From assembly GCA_965248755.1 (NCBI GenBank), contig OZ252149.1, positions 416,001 through 480,000 on the forward strand: 64,000 nt of DNA, given 5' to 3'. This document shows, one piece after another, positions 10,481-19,772 of the stretch (positions are counted from its first letter, which is position 1; every line of letters starts with the position of its first letter). The notes under the pieces are model-generated. The model was not told the origin of the DNA. It made no database searches and saw only the letters and a program-made list of their open reading frames with translations. The translations under genes and the position numbers were made by a program. The DNA is from Candidatus Latescibacterota bacterium. Its GTDB lineage: Bacteria > Latescibacterota > CBDEFO01.

Positions 10481-11686
10481 TTATAAATGATAAGTTATGG
10501 TAGCGTTACTGAAGAACCCGCCACCATTTCGACTTCCCCCTATGAAATCTGGTCCATCTCGGAACAGATCCTTTTCAACGATCCCGTCCAGATCGATTCT
10601 CCCGAACTTGAAACCGAAACCGAACTGAAGATCAAAATCTGTGTCGAACGTCGTAGTCTCAATCACCTTACCGTCCACTACCTTCTCAGTCTTTCCGAAA
10701 GTAGCTTCTCTCTCTATACCCACTCTCATAGCGAAAGAGTCCGAGAGCATAGTCTCCCCTGCGGCCACCAACTTAGGTAGCAGCACAGTCGTGCTCCTTA
10801 CCTTCGGCTGTCCTGGAACATCCCTCTCCTCAGACTTGAAGCCCAAAATAACTCCGAATATCGCGTTTGTCCCTTCGGCCACTTCCGACCTTACTCCTAG
10901 CCCCGCTTCCACATCTACAAAATCCGTCTTGTTAGGAGCCACATCTATCCCCCCAAAAGATGTGCTCAAAAGGGGGACTAATTGGGCACTCTCCCCTACG
11001 GGAAAAAAGAGCCTTACCTCCAAAACCGCTCCTGTCCCACCTTCGCTTTCGGCTATGACATTGTCCGCCTCATCATCCTCGAAACTTTGACGATTAAACT
11101 CCACAGCCACATCCAAAGATGAATTCTCCCCGATGTCTGCCGACAGACCTAAGGTCACCTCAAAAGCAGAAGCTGTCGTCTCCGTCCCATTCCCTTCAGC
11201 ATCGTACGACAGACTCACCTGTCCCCCTATATCCAGGCCTTCTGAGAGACTTGTGCCGTACATAAAATCGAACCATGAACTTAGATCCATCCTCGAAAGA
11301 CGCACCCTGGTGTCAGATGAAACGTCAGAGAAAATCTCAGAAGTCCCGGAAGTATCAGCGTTCGCCAGAAAAGTGCTCAGTTCGTCTGCAGTTCGAAGTG
11401 GACGCCTGAACATTATCCCCACTGTGCTCGTCTTACCAATCTTATATGTCGCCCCTGCCCAGCTGGGCGAATCGTCCAGATCGAACGGCTCAGCGATCAC
11501 CTGCGGATATTCCATAACTAAGGATGGATATACGAAGATATTCGTATCGTCCTTTAATATTCTCGTCTCACCTCCTAAAGACCTCAGACGTGATGTTGAG
11601 CCGTAGATCACATTTGCAAATACCAATATAAAAGATACAGAAACCCATACCGACCAATGACCTAAACCACATCTTCTGTTAATCAT
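10481..11686 (-). CDS. Probable outer-membrane beta-barrel protein (hypothetical)
   Basis: Signal peptide, RLRSLG..DDTNIFVYPS N-terminus, amphipathic beta-strands, ATITYHL terminal strand. Confidence 0.6.
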   Translation of the reverse strand: MINRRCGLGHWSVWVSVSFILVFANVIYGSTSRLRSLGGETRILKDDTNIFVYPSLVMEYPQVIAEPFDLDDSPSWAGATYKIGKTSTVGIMFRRPLRTADELSTFLANADTSGTSEIFSDVSSDTRVRLSRMDLSSWFDFMYGTSLSEGLDIGGQVSLSYDAEGNGTETTASAFEVTLGLSADIGENSSLDVAVEFNRQSFEDDEADNVIAESEGGTGAVLEVRLFFPVGESAQLVPLLSTSFGGIDVAPNKTDFVDVEAGLGVRSEVAEGTNAIFGVILGFKSEERDVPGQPKVRSTTVLLPKLVAAGETMLSDSFAMRVGIEREATFGKTEKVVDGKVIETTTFDTDFDLQFGFGFKFGRIDLDGIVEKDLFRDGPDFIGGSRNGGGFFSNATITYHL

Positions 11687-11767
11687 TCTCCCTCTCCTCT
11701 TAAGTTTTGTCTGCCTGTGGGTTGAGCGCATACAGGGCAGCTGATGAACGATAACTCACAGTCATAT

Positions 11768-12712
11768 TTACAACCTGTAGAATTCCTTCACTGACGGAAT
11801 AGACAATATCGCTCCCCCTTTGAAGTCCACTTTCGGTACAAACCCAAGCATCCTTCTGGCCTTGCTGATGTCCGCAAGAGTGTGCCTCGCCTCACCCCTT
11901 TGGCTCTCCTCATATTCCACGTCTGTCCTCTTTCCTATTACCTCCATCAAGACCTCTATCATCTTCTTTAAAGTGATGCTATCACCACCCCCAATATTGA
12001 AGACCTCCCCTGTACAATCAGCCTCGGAGGCGCGTATATTGGCGTCCACGACATCTGACACATATGTAAACCCTCTCGACTGCTCCCCATCTCCGTTTAC
12101 CCTCAAAGTCTTTCCCTCTAAAATCGCTCTTATAAAGATGCAGAAAGCCATATCAGGACGCGGCTTTGGCCCAAACACTGTGAAATACCTCAAAATCACC
12201 ACAGGTACGCCGAAATTCTTCCAGTAAAGATTACACAATTTTTCGCCTGCTACCTTGGTCACACCGTAAGGAGAAAGGGGCATCAAAGGAGCCTCCTCGC
12301 TCGTCGGAAGTTGAAGAGCATCGCCATAGACAGAGGAGGAAGAAGCGTACACAACCCTCTTTACATCGCATTCCTTCAACGCGTCTAACAACCTCTGCGT
12401 GGCATTTATGTTATTATCCACATAGAGGTTAAAGTCCTTGCCCCATCCAGACCTCACTCCCGGCTGTGCAGCTTCGTGAAACACGACATCCACACCGTCC
12501 AGTAAAGGCCTCAAATCCAACTCCAATATATCTCCCCTCACAAACTCCATCCTATCATAATCCATGAGTGGCTTGACCCTGTCCTCCTTGACCTCCTTTG
12601 CGTAATAATCCGTAAAGCAATCTATCCCAATCACTTCGTGCCCTTCCTCTAACAACTTTTGAGTTATATGCGACCCTATAAATCCCGCAGCGCCAGTAAC
12701 CATATATCTCAT
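11768..12712 (-). CDS. NAD-dependent nucleotide-sugar epimerase/dehydratase
   Basis: TGAAGFIGS, ASSSSVYG, SPYGVTK, LRYFTVFGP..RPDMA. Confidence 0.92.
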   Translation of the reverse strand: MRYMVTGAAGFIGSHITQKLLEEGHEVIGIDCFTDYYAKEVKEDRVKPLMDYDRMEFVRGDILELDLRPLLDGVDVVFHEAAQPGVRSGWGKDFNLYVDNNINATQRLLDALKECDVKRVVYASSSSVYGDALQLPTSEEAPLMPLSPYGVTKVAGEKLCNLYWKNFGVPVVILRYFTVFGPKPRPDMAFCIFIRAILEGKTLRVNGDGEQSRGFTYVSDVVDANIRASEADCTGEVFNIGGGDSITLKKMIEVLMEVIGKRTDVEYEESQRGEARHTLADISKARRMLGFVPKVDFKGGAILSIPSVKEFYRL

Positions 12713-12787
12713 TTAGCTATCTCTGTCCATATAAGTATCTGGCTGAAAACCTCATATCCGCGGCAACCAATATCGAGAAGATTACAA

Positions 12788-13477
12788 TTATTCTAACAGT
12801 GTCATGACATCTTTCAACGCCGAGACCGTCGGCCCCTGCCATTCCTCCGCATCCGGACGGTGAACATCATAGGTGTCTTCATACGGAACACGAATAAGTG
12901 CCGAGTGCATGCCGAATTGAGAAGCTCGGGTTAGCTCACGGCTGCTCCCATCGCCTATGTAGAGACAGTTCTGCGACATAACTGCCAGCCGCTCACACGC
13001 GAGTTGATAGATGCAAGGATCAGGCTTTCTGAGGCCCACCGCACACGAGAAGACGGGAGCATCCACCAGCCGAGAAAAGAGTGTGTCTTTCCAGAGGAGC
13101 GGAACTTCTGCCGAACAGTCGCTGATGAGCCCTATTTTGTAGCCTGATACTCTCAGTTGAGACAGCGTCTCCACAGCGTCAGGACGCGGTGTGAGGATGC
13201 GCCGTGTAAAATCCGCCCGTATACGGGCGGCCCCTGTGACCCGAGCAGATTCCGAAGGCAGAGCCAGAACCCGACAGATACGCTCAATAATGGCCTCCAG
13301 GGTCGGAAAAGACCCTGTCCCCCGCTCGTTGAACGTTTCGACCCACAAGCGGGCAAAATCGTGGGGAGACGCCAAAAGGGCAGCAGCCATTTCAGACATC
13401 ATGCGCTCATGTTCCCGAAAGGGAAAGGTGTCAACCAATGTCCCGAAGAGATCGAAAATGACAGCGTCGTATTTCAT
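12788..13477 (-). CDS. HAD-superfamily hydrolase
   Basis: AVIFDLFGTL (motif I variant), KPDP.IY, YIGDG; probable start at MKYD (13477). Confidence 0.85.
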   Translation of the reverse strand: MKYDAVIFDLFGTLVDTFPFREHERMMSEMAAALLASPHDFARLWVETFNERGTGSFPTLEAIIERICRVLALPSESARVTGAARIRADFTRRILTPRPDAVETLSQLRVSGYKIGLISDCSAEVPLLWKDTLFSRLVDAPVFSCAVGLRKPDPCIYQLACERLAVMSQNCLYIGDGSSRELTRASQFGMHSALIRVPYEDTYDVHRPDAEEWQGPTVSALKDVMTLLE

Positions 13478-13571
13478 GGAACCAGAGCTTCCTTCTGCTG
13501 GCACGGCACTTGGTAGACTCTGGGCAGGAGCGCAGAGCCCGGGACTTCGACCTCTTAAGATATCTAGCTAG

Positions 13572-14240
13572 CTAAGGCCTGTTCTCCTTAACCCAGACGC
13601 AGTCATCGTAGAGCGGGCATCCCTCACATTCGGGATTCCGGGCGTGGCATACCTTTCGCCCGAAACGTATCATATTTATGTGCAACAAATACGACCTCCC
13701 ATCGGGAACAAGCTCCGACATAAGATCATACGCCCTTTCTGCTGTACAGTTTTGAGGCACAAGCCCCAATCTCCTTGTGATCCTGTGAATATGTGTATCT
13801 ACAGGGAAAATATCCGTGCCGCACGCAGACATTAGCATTACACCTACAGTCTTGGGGCCTATCCCTTTCCGCGAGCAGAAGAGATCAATAGCCTTGTCTG
13901 TCTCCATACCACATACGAAATCTATGTTCAGCTTTCCGTAAGTCTCCTTGATCCAGGTCAGTATCTCCACTATCCTGACGCTCTTCTGATTCGCCAAGCC
14001 TCCCACTTTGATAACATCAGCTATCTCTTGGGCATCGGCCTCCAGTACATCCTCCCACGTCGGAAACCTGTCCCTCAAGGCACAATATGCTCTATCTCTA
14101 TTTGTGTCGTTGGTGTTCTGAGAAAGAACAGTCCTTATCAAGCTCTCCAGCGCATTGCCTTCGCCCTTCCATTGGGGTCGGCCGAACATCCTTTCCAAAG
14201 CATCAGCTATCCTCTTCGTCTTAAGGGAAAGATCGCACAT
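13572..14240 (-). CDS. nth: Endonuclease III family HhH-GPD glycosylase with [4Fe-4S] loop
   Basis: LSQNTND.N, GIGPKT, FPVDTHI.R, C-x6-C-x2-C-x5-C. Confidence 0.85.
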   Translation of the reverse strand: MCDLSLKTKRIADALERMFGRPQWKGEGNALESLIRTVLSQNTNDTNRDRAYCALRDRFPTWEDVLEADAQEIADVIKVGGLANQKSVRIVEILTWIKETYGKLNIDFVCGMETDKAIDLFCSRKGIGPKTVGVMLMSACGTDIFPVDTHIHRITRRLGLVPQNCTAERAYDLMSELVPDGRSYLLHINMIRFGRKVCHARNPECEGCPLYDDCVWVKENRP

Positions 14241-14255
14241 CGCAACCTCCAGCAA

Positions 14256-15284
14256 CTATCCGAAGTACCCATCTGGATATGGATCTGGATTCAAAAGAGG
14301 AGCCTGCCAATCCCCTATCTCCGACAGAGCAACAGGCACACCACCACACTCTACATGAGACTTGAAGCCCGCAAGAAAGAGCTGCGTCTTTTCGTAGATC
14401 GTTTCATAAGATTCGGGCATCTCTCTCGTCTCAAACATCTTCTGAATCTCCAAAAGCTGGGGGACCCAGTAGTATAGATCGTTCCCTATAAACTGTTCAA
14501 ATGTCCTCTCTCCAAAGACCCGGATCCATCCCCATGTTCCCGTTATCTCCTGAACACATGCGTAGAACGGCTTGCCTCCGTCTCTACCCTCATACTCGAT
14601 AATAGCTATCCCGTTGGGAGCCCTCCAATCAGGAGTCTGATAGGACACACTCTTAATACCACTACCAAGACAAGAGTACATAAAAAAAAGACCGTGAATA
14701 CCATGAGTGGGATAATCGGACATAGAATTTGCTGCTACACAGCCGGAAATAGGCTTAATGTCTTCCACTTCTCTTTTGATATTGTGCACCTCAGGGGCGT
14801 ACTGATATGACGAACCCGACATAAGCGGAGTGTTGTTCTGCTTGGCAAGATCGATCATGTACTGAGCGTCATCGAGGTTCAAGGCAAAAGGACGATTGAT
14901 GAAAATGGGAATACCAGCTTCAAGGTAGGGCTTTGCCAACTCCTTAAAGTGGAGGCAAGAGTCGAAATCAGAAAGGATGATACCGTCTACCTTCCCCACC
15001 ATATCGTAGTAATTTTCGACCACTTCTATACCTTTGTACATTCTGGCAAACTCCTGTGCACCTGGTACCTTCCGCCTTATTCCTGAAAATACTCTCTTAG
15101 TTCTGGATCCAATTCCGGTCTTGTCTATGTCCCATACATGAGTCATTACCATCCCCGTCATTCGAGTTTTGGCCAACTTGAATTCCGGCTCACAATAGGG
15201 CTGGATGATAGGCCCCCATACTCCCATGTGGACATACCTTTCACTGGTAAGCACACCCACCCTGACAAGGGACATATCAGACAT
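14256..15284 (-). CDS. Gfo/Idh/MocA-like oxidoreductase, paralog A (most diverged)
   Basis: THVWD, GKVDGIIL, LAKPYLEAGIPIFINRPFA, GSS; carries an 18-aa insertion relative to the other copies. Confidence 0.75.
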   Translation of the reverse strand: MSDMSLVRVGVLTSERYVHMGVWGPIIQPYCEPEFKLAKTRMTGMVMTHVWDIDKTGIGSRTKRVFSGIRRKVPGAQEFARMYKGIEVVENYYDMVGKVDGIILSDFDSCLHFKELAKPYLEAGIPIFINRPFALNLDDAQYMIDLAKQNNTPLMSGSSYQYAPEVHNIKREVEDIKPISGCVAANSMSDYPTHGIHGLFFMYSCLGSGIKSVSYQTPDWRAPNGIAIIEYEGRDGGKPFYACVQEITGTWGWIRVFGERTFEQFIGNDLYYWVPQLLEIQKMFETREMPESYETIYEKTQLFLAGFKSHVECGGVPVALSEIGDWQAPLLNPDPYPDGYFG

Positions 15285-15489
15285 AATTACCTTTCCATTT
15301 ATATTACGAATGGGATGACACCCACTATTTCCTGTGCGTAAAAGAATCTGTACAAGCGCGCTTAGGCCGTTTCGGACTCGGTGGCTTTTCCGTTATCCAT
15401 ACCCCAAGAAATCAGCAGTTCCGCCCACTTCCGAGCTTGTTCTAGAACTTTGGCGGAGTACCGTCCAGGTCAATCCCTCCTGCGGCCAC

Positions 15490-16467
15490 CTATGCAAAGT
15501 ATCCATTCGGATACGGATCTGGATGCAATAGAGGAGCCGTCCAATCCCCTATCTCTGACAGAGCAACAGGCGCACCACCACACTCAACATGAGACTTGAA
15601 GCCCGCAAGAAAGAGCTGCGTCTTCTCATAGATAGCGTCATAAGATTCGGGCATCTCTCTCGTCTCAAACATGCTCTGCATCTCCAGAACTATGGGCACC
15701 CAGAAGGGTAGATCGTTCCCTAAAAACTGTTCGAATGTCCTCTCTCCAAAGACTCTTATCCATCCCCACGTGCCAGATATCTCCTGTATACATCCGTAGA
15801 ACGGCTTGCCTCCATCTCTACCCTCATACTCGATAACGATTATCCCGTTGGGAGTCCGCCAATCGGGAGTCTGATAGGACACGCTCTTTATACCACCTCC
15901 AATACAGGAGTAGACAAAGAGCGGGCCGTGACTCCCGTGGGATGGATAATCCGACATAGAGTTGGCGGCTGTATACCCCCTGATCGGCTCTATCTCCTTC
16001 ACTGTTCTTCTGATATACTCGACCTCAGGGGCGTACTCAAACGACGATCCGGTCATAATCGGAGTGTTGTGCTTCTTGGCAAGATCTATCATATACCGAG
16101 CATCTTCCAGGTTCATGGCAAAAGGCCGATTGATGAAAATGGGAACACCAGCCTCAAGATAAGGCTTCGTCAACTCCTTGAAGCGGATGCACGAATCGAA
16201 ATCGGAAAGGATGACGCCATCTACCTTCCCCACCATATCGTAGTAATTATCTACTACCTCTATACCTCCGTAGATTCTGGCAAACTCCTGTGCACCTTCT
16301 CTGTCCATATCCCACACATGAGTCATTACCATCCCCGTCATTCGAGTCTTGGCCCCCTCACCCTCCAGCTCGCAATACGGCTGAATAATAGGTCCCCATA
16401 TCCCACTGATGTGGACAAACCTTTGACTGGTAAGTACACCTACCCTCACAAGAGGCGTATCAGACAT
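15490..16467 (-). CDS. Gfo/Idh/MocA-like oxidoreductase, paralog B
   Basis: 325 aa; same motifs; similar to C and D with patches matching A. Confidence 0.75.
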   Translation of the reverse strand: MSDTPLVRVGVLTSQRFVHISGIWGPIIQPYCELEGEGAKTRMTGMVMTHVWDMDREGAQEFARIYGGIEVVDNYYDMVGKVDGVILSDFDSCIRFKELTKPYLEAGVPIFINRPFAMNLEDARYMIDLAKKHNTPIMTGSSFEYAPEVEYIRRTVKEIEPIRGYTAANSMSDYPSHGSHGPLFVYSCIGGGIKSVSYQTPDWRTPNGIIVIEYEGRDGGKPFYGCIQEISGTWGWIRVFGERTFEQFLGNDLPFWVPIVLEMQSMFETREMPESYDAIYEKTQLFLAGFKSHVECGGAPVALSEIGDWTAPLLHPDPYPNGYFA

Positions 16468-16638
16468 AATTCCCTCTCCTTTTGATTATAAACCGGGTGG
16501 CTTTGCGGAAACCTCTACGCGTAATATCTTCTACCAGATCCCCAATTTCCCCTCCCCCCCAAACTTCTTCGATCCACTTCGGAGCTTGTTCTAAAACTTT
16601 GCGGAAGTCCCGTCCAGGTCAATTCCTCCTGCGGCCAC

Positions 16639-17616
16639 CTATGCGAAGTATCCATCCGGATACGGATCTGGATTCACAAGAGGAGCCGTCCAATCCCCTA
16701 TCTCTGACAGAGCAACAGGCGCACCACCACACTCAACATGAGACTTGAAGGCCGCCAGAAAGAGCTGCGTCTTCTCATAGATAGCGTCATAAGACTGGGG
16801 CATTTCTCTGGTCTCAAACATGCTCTGCATCTCCAAAACCATTGGCACCCAGAAGGGTAGATCGCTCCCTAAAAACTGTTCAAATGTCCTCTCTCCAAAA
16901 ACTCTTATCCATCCCCACGTGCCAGATATCTCCTGTATACATCCGTAGAACGGCTTGCCTCCATCTCTACCCTCGTACTCGATAACGATTATCCCGTTGT
17001 AAGTCCTCCAATCGGGAGTCTGATAGGATACACTCTTGATACCTCCTCCAATACAGGAGTAGACAAAGAGCGGGCCGTGACTCCCGTGAGATGGATAATC
17101 CGACATAGAGTTGGCGGCTGTATACCCCCTGATCGGCTCTATCTCCTTAACTGTTCTTCTGATATACTCAACTTCAGGGGCATACTCAAATGACGATCCG
17201 GTCATAATCGGAGTGTTGTGCTTCTTGGCAAGATCAATCATATACCGAGCATCTTCCAGGTTCATGGCAAAAGGCCGATTGATGAAAATGGGAACACCAG
17301 CCTCAAGATAAGGCTTCGTCAACTCCTTGAAGTGGATGCACGATTCAAAATCAGAAAGGATGACGCCATCTACCTTCCCCACCATATCGTAGTAATTATC
17401 TACTACCTCCATACCTCCGTAGATTTTGGCAAACTCCTGTGCACCTTCTCTGTCCATATCCCACACATGAGTCATTACCATCCCCGTCATTCGAGTCTTG
17501 GCCCCCTTAAATTCTTCCTCGCCGTAGGGATTAATGATAGGTCCCCATATTCCACTGATGTGGACCAACCTTTGGCTGGTAAGTACACCTACCCTCACAA
17601 GAGGCGTATCAGACAT
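16639..17616 (-). CDS. Gfo/Idh/MocA-like oxidoreductase, paralog C
   Basis: 325 aa; differs from D at 3 residues by eye. Confidence 0.75.
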   Translation of the reverse strand: MSDTPLVRVGVLTSQRLVHISGIWGPIINPYGEEEFKGAKTRMTGMVMTHVWDMDREGAQEFAKIYGGMEVVDNYYDMVGKVDGVILSDFESCIHFKELTKPYLEAGVPIFINRPFAMNLEDARYMIDLAKKHNTPIMTGSSFEYAPEVEYIRRTVKEIEPIRGYTAANSMSDYPSHGSHGPLFVYSCIGGGIKSVSYQTPDWRTYNGIIVIEYEGRDGGKPFYGCIQEISGTWGWIRVFGERTFEQFLGSDLPFWVPMVLEMQSMFETREMPQSYDAIYEKTQLFLAAFKSHVECGGAPVALSEIGDWTAPLVNPDPYPDGYFA

Positions 17617-17787
17617 AATTCCCTCTCCTTTTGATTATAAACCGGGTGGCTTTGAGGAAACCTCTACGCGTAATTTCTTCTACCAGATCCCCAATTTCCC
17701 CTCCCCCCCAAACTTCTTCGATCCACTTCGGAGCTTGTTCTAAAACTTTGCGGAAGTCCCGTCCAGGTCAATTCCTCCTGCGGCCAC

Positions 17788-18765
17788 CTATGCGAAGTAT
17801 CCATCCGGATACGGATCTGGATTCAAAAGAGGAGCTGTCCAATCCCCTATCTCTGACAGAGCAACAGGCGCACCACCACACTCAACATGAGACTTGAAGG
17901 CCGCCAGAAAGAGCTGCGTCTTCTCATAGATAGCGTCATAAGACTGGGGCATTTCTCTGGTCTCAAACATGCTCTGCATCTCCAAAACCATTGGCACCCA
18001 GAAGGGTAGATCGCTCCCTAAAAACTGTTCAAATGTCCTCTCTCCAAAAACTCTTATCCATCCCCACGTGCCAGATATCTCCTGTATACATCCGTAGAAC
18101 GGCTTGCCTCCATCTCTACCCTCGTACTCGATAACGATTATCCCGTTGTAAGTCCTCCAATCGGGAGTCTGATAGGATACACTCTTGATACCTCCTCCAA
18201 TACAGGAGTAGACAAAGAGCGGGCCGTGACTCCCGTGAGATGGATAATCCGACATAGAGTTGGCGGCCGTATACCCCCTGATCGGCTCTATCTCCTTAAC
18301 TGTTCTTCTGATATACTCAACTTCAGGGGCATACTCAAATGACGATCCGGTCATAATCGGAGTGTTGTGCTTCTTGGCAAGATCAATCATATACCGAGCA
18401 TCTTCCAGGTTCATGGCAAAAGGCCGATTGATGAAAATGGGAACACCAGCCTCAAGATAAGGCTTCGTCAACTCCTTGAAGTGGATGCACGAATCGAAAT
18501 CAGAAAGGATGACGCCATCTACCTTCCCCACCATATCGTAGTAATTATCTACTACCTCCATACCTCCGTAGATTTTGGCAAACTCCTGTGCACCTTCTCT
18601 GTCCATATCCCACACATGAGTCATTACCATCCCCGTCATTCGAGTCTTGGCCCCCTTAAATTCTTCCTCGCCGTAGGGATTAATGATAGGTCCCCATATT
18701 CCACTGATGTGGACAAACCTTTGGCTGGTAAGTACACCTACCCTCACAAGAGGCGTATCAGACAT
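17788..18765 (-). CDS. Gfo/Idh/MocA-like oxidoreductase, paralog D
   Basis: 325 aa; first copy in transcription order, after lgt. Confidence 0.75.
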   Translation of the reverse strand: MSDTPLVRVGVLTSQRFVHISGIWGPIINPYGEEEFKGAKTRMTGMVMTHVWDMDREGAQEFAKIYGGMEVVDNYYDMVGKVDGVILSDFDSCIHFKELTKPYLEAGVPIFINRPFAMNLEDARYMIDLAKKHNTPIMTGSSFEYAPEVEYIRRTVKEIEPIRGYTAANSMSDYPSHGSHGPLFVYSCIGGGIKSVSYQTPDWRTYNGIIVIEYEGRDGGKPFYGCIQEISGTWGWIRVFGERTFEQFLGSDLPFWVPMVLEMQSMFETREMPQSYDAIYEKTQLFLAAFKSHVECGGAPVALSEIGDWTAPLLNPDPYPDGYFA

Positions 18766-18832
18766 AATTCCCTCCCTTTTATAGAGTCATAGTACAGTTA
18801 AAAAGCTCTGACGATTCCGCCGTAGTGCCGCT

Positions 18833-19636
18833 TTACTTTGCTTTTCTTAACACAAGGAACATCCCGCAAGCGGTGAAGAACAAAACCGCGCTTAAGCCCT
18901 GATTCGCATTCATGGGAACATTGCCGATATTAAATAAGATCATACTATCGTAGTAGCGCAGGAAATCCACTGAGAACCGGGCTATCGAATAGAGCCCCAC
19001 GAAAGACCAAAACGTAAAGCCATCGAAACTTTTGAACCTCTCTATGAATGTCAAGATACCGAATATCCCCAGACCGTATAAAGAGGAATATATCTGAGTC
19101 GGGTGTATCTTGGCATCAGGGAAAATATAACCCGCAAGACTCTCATCGGGGAATACTACGCCCCATGCAAGATCGCACTCCCTTCCGAAGCAACACCCGT
19201 TCAGAAAACAACCGATTCTAGTAAAGAATATGCCCAGAGCAATCGAAGGGGCCATCACATCGGCCATTTTCCAAAAGGATATATTTCTTTTTCGCGTATA
19301 GACCACGCTCGCAAAGATAGACAGTATTAATCCCCCGTAGAAGACCAATCCCGATATTCCTATGCTATCACCCCCAAAAGGATTTACAATATCCAAAGGA
19401 CTCTCTGAAAACTCGTTCCAGTGAAAGAGGACATAGGCAAATCTTGCGCCTATTACGGCCGCTATTATAATATACAGCGACAGATCCACAATATCCGCCC
19501 TTTTGATCCCAACCTGCTTCCCTCTTCTGACCGCCAGATAGATTCCACACAGAAAAGCAAAAGCCAGCATCAACCCGTATCCTCTTATCTGAAGATGCCC
19601 CAAAGGCGTAGAAATCTCGAATAAAATGGAACGCAT
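18833..19636 (-). CDS. lgt: Prolipoprotein diacylglyceryl transferase
   Basis: YGLMLA, IGAR..Y, GLVFYGG, RIGCFLNGCCFG, HPTQIY, RF..DFLR. Confidence 0.93.
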   Translation of the reverse strand: MRSILFEISTPLGHLQIRGYGLMLAFAFLCGIYLAVRRGKQVGIKRADIVDLSLYIIIAAVIGARFAYVLFHWNEFSESPLDIVNPFGGDSIGISGLVFYGGLILSIFASVVYTRKRNISFWKMADVMAPSIALGIFFTRIGCFLNGCCFGRECDLAWGVVFPDESLAGYIFPDAKIHPTQIYSSLYGLGIFGILTFIERFKSFDGFTFWSFVGLYSIARFSVDFLRYYDSMILFNIGNVPMNANQGLSAVLFFTACGMFLVLRKAK

Positions 19637-19772
19637 CTGTTTCTTGCTCCTTCCCCCGATTTTGAGTGTCCGGTAACAATAGTGCTTGAGTAATTAGGGG
19701 GTGAAATACCCTGTCCTCCCCGAACCCCGATTGAATCTATAGGGGGACAATCGGGGGCTACGGTCTATTTGC

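Larger units (their letters stand above)
15420..18780. repeat. Tandem direct repeat with a 1149-bp period (978-bp gene plus 171-bp spacer), about 3 copies
   Basis: Gene ends at 15490, 16639 and 17788 are exactly 1149 apart; spacers 16468-16638 and 17617-17787 are nearly identical. Confidence 0.95.

Noticed and set aside
14256..18780. Diversity-generating retroelement behind the paralog variation
   Set aside because: No reverse transcriptase in the window, and differences are not adenine-specific or confined to a C-terminal variable region.
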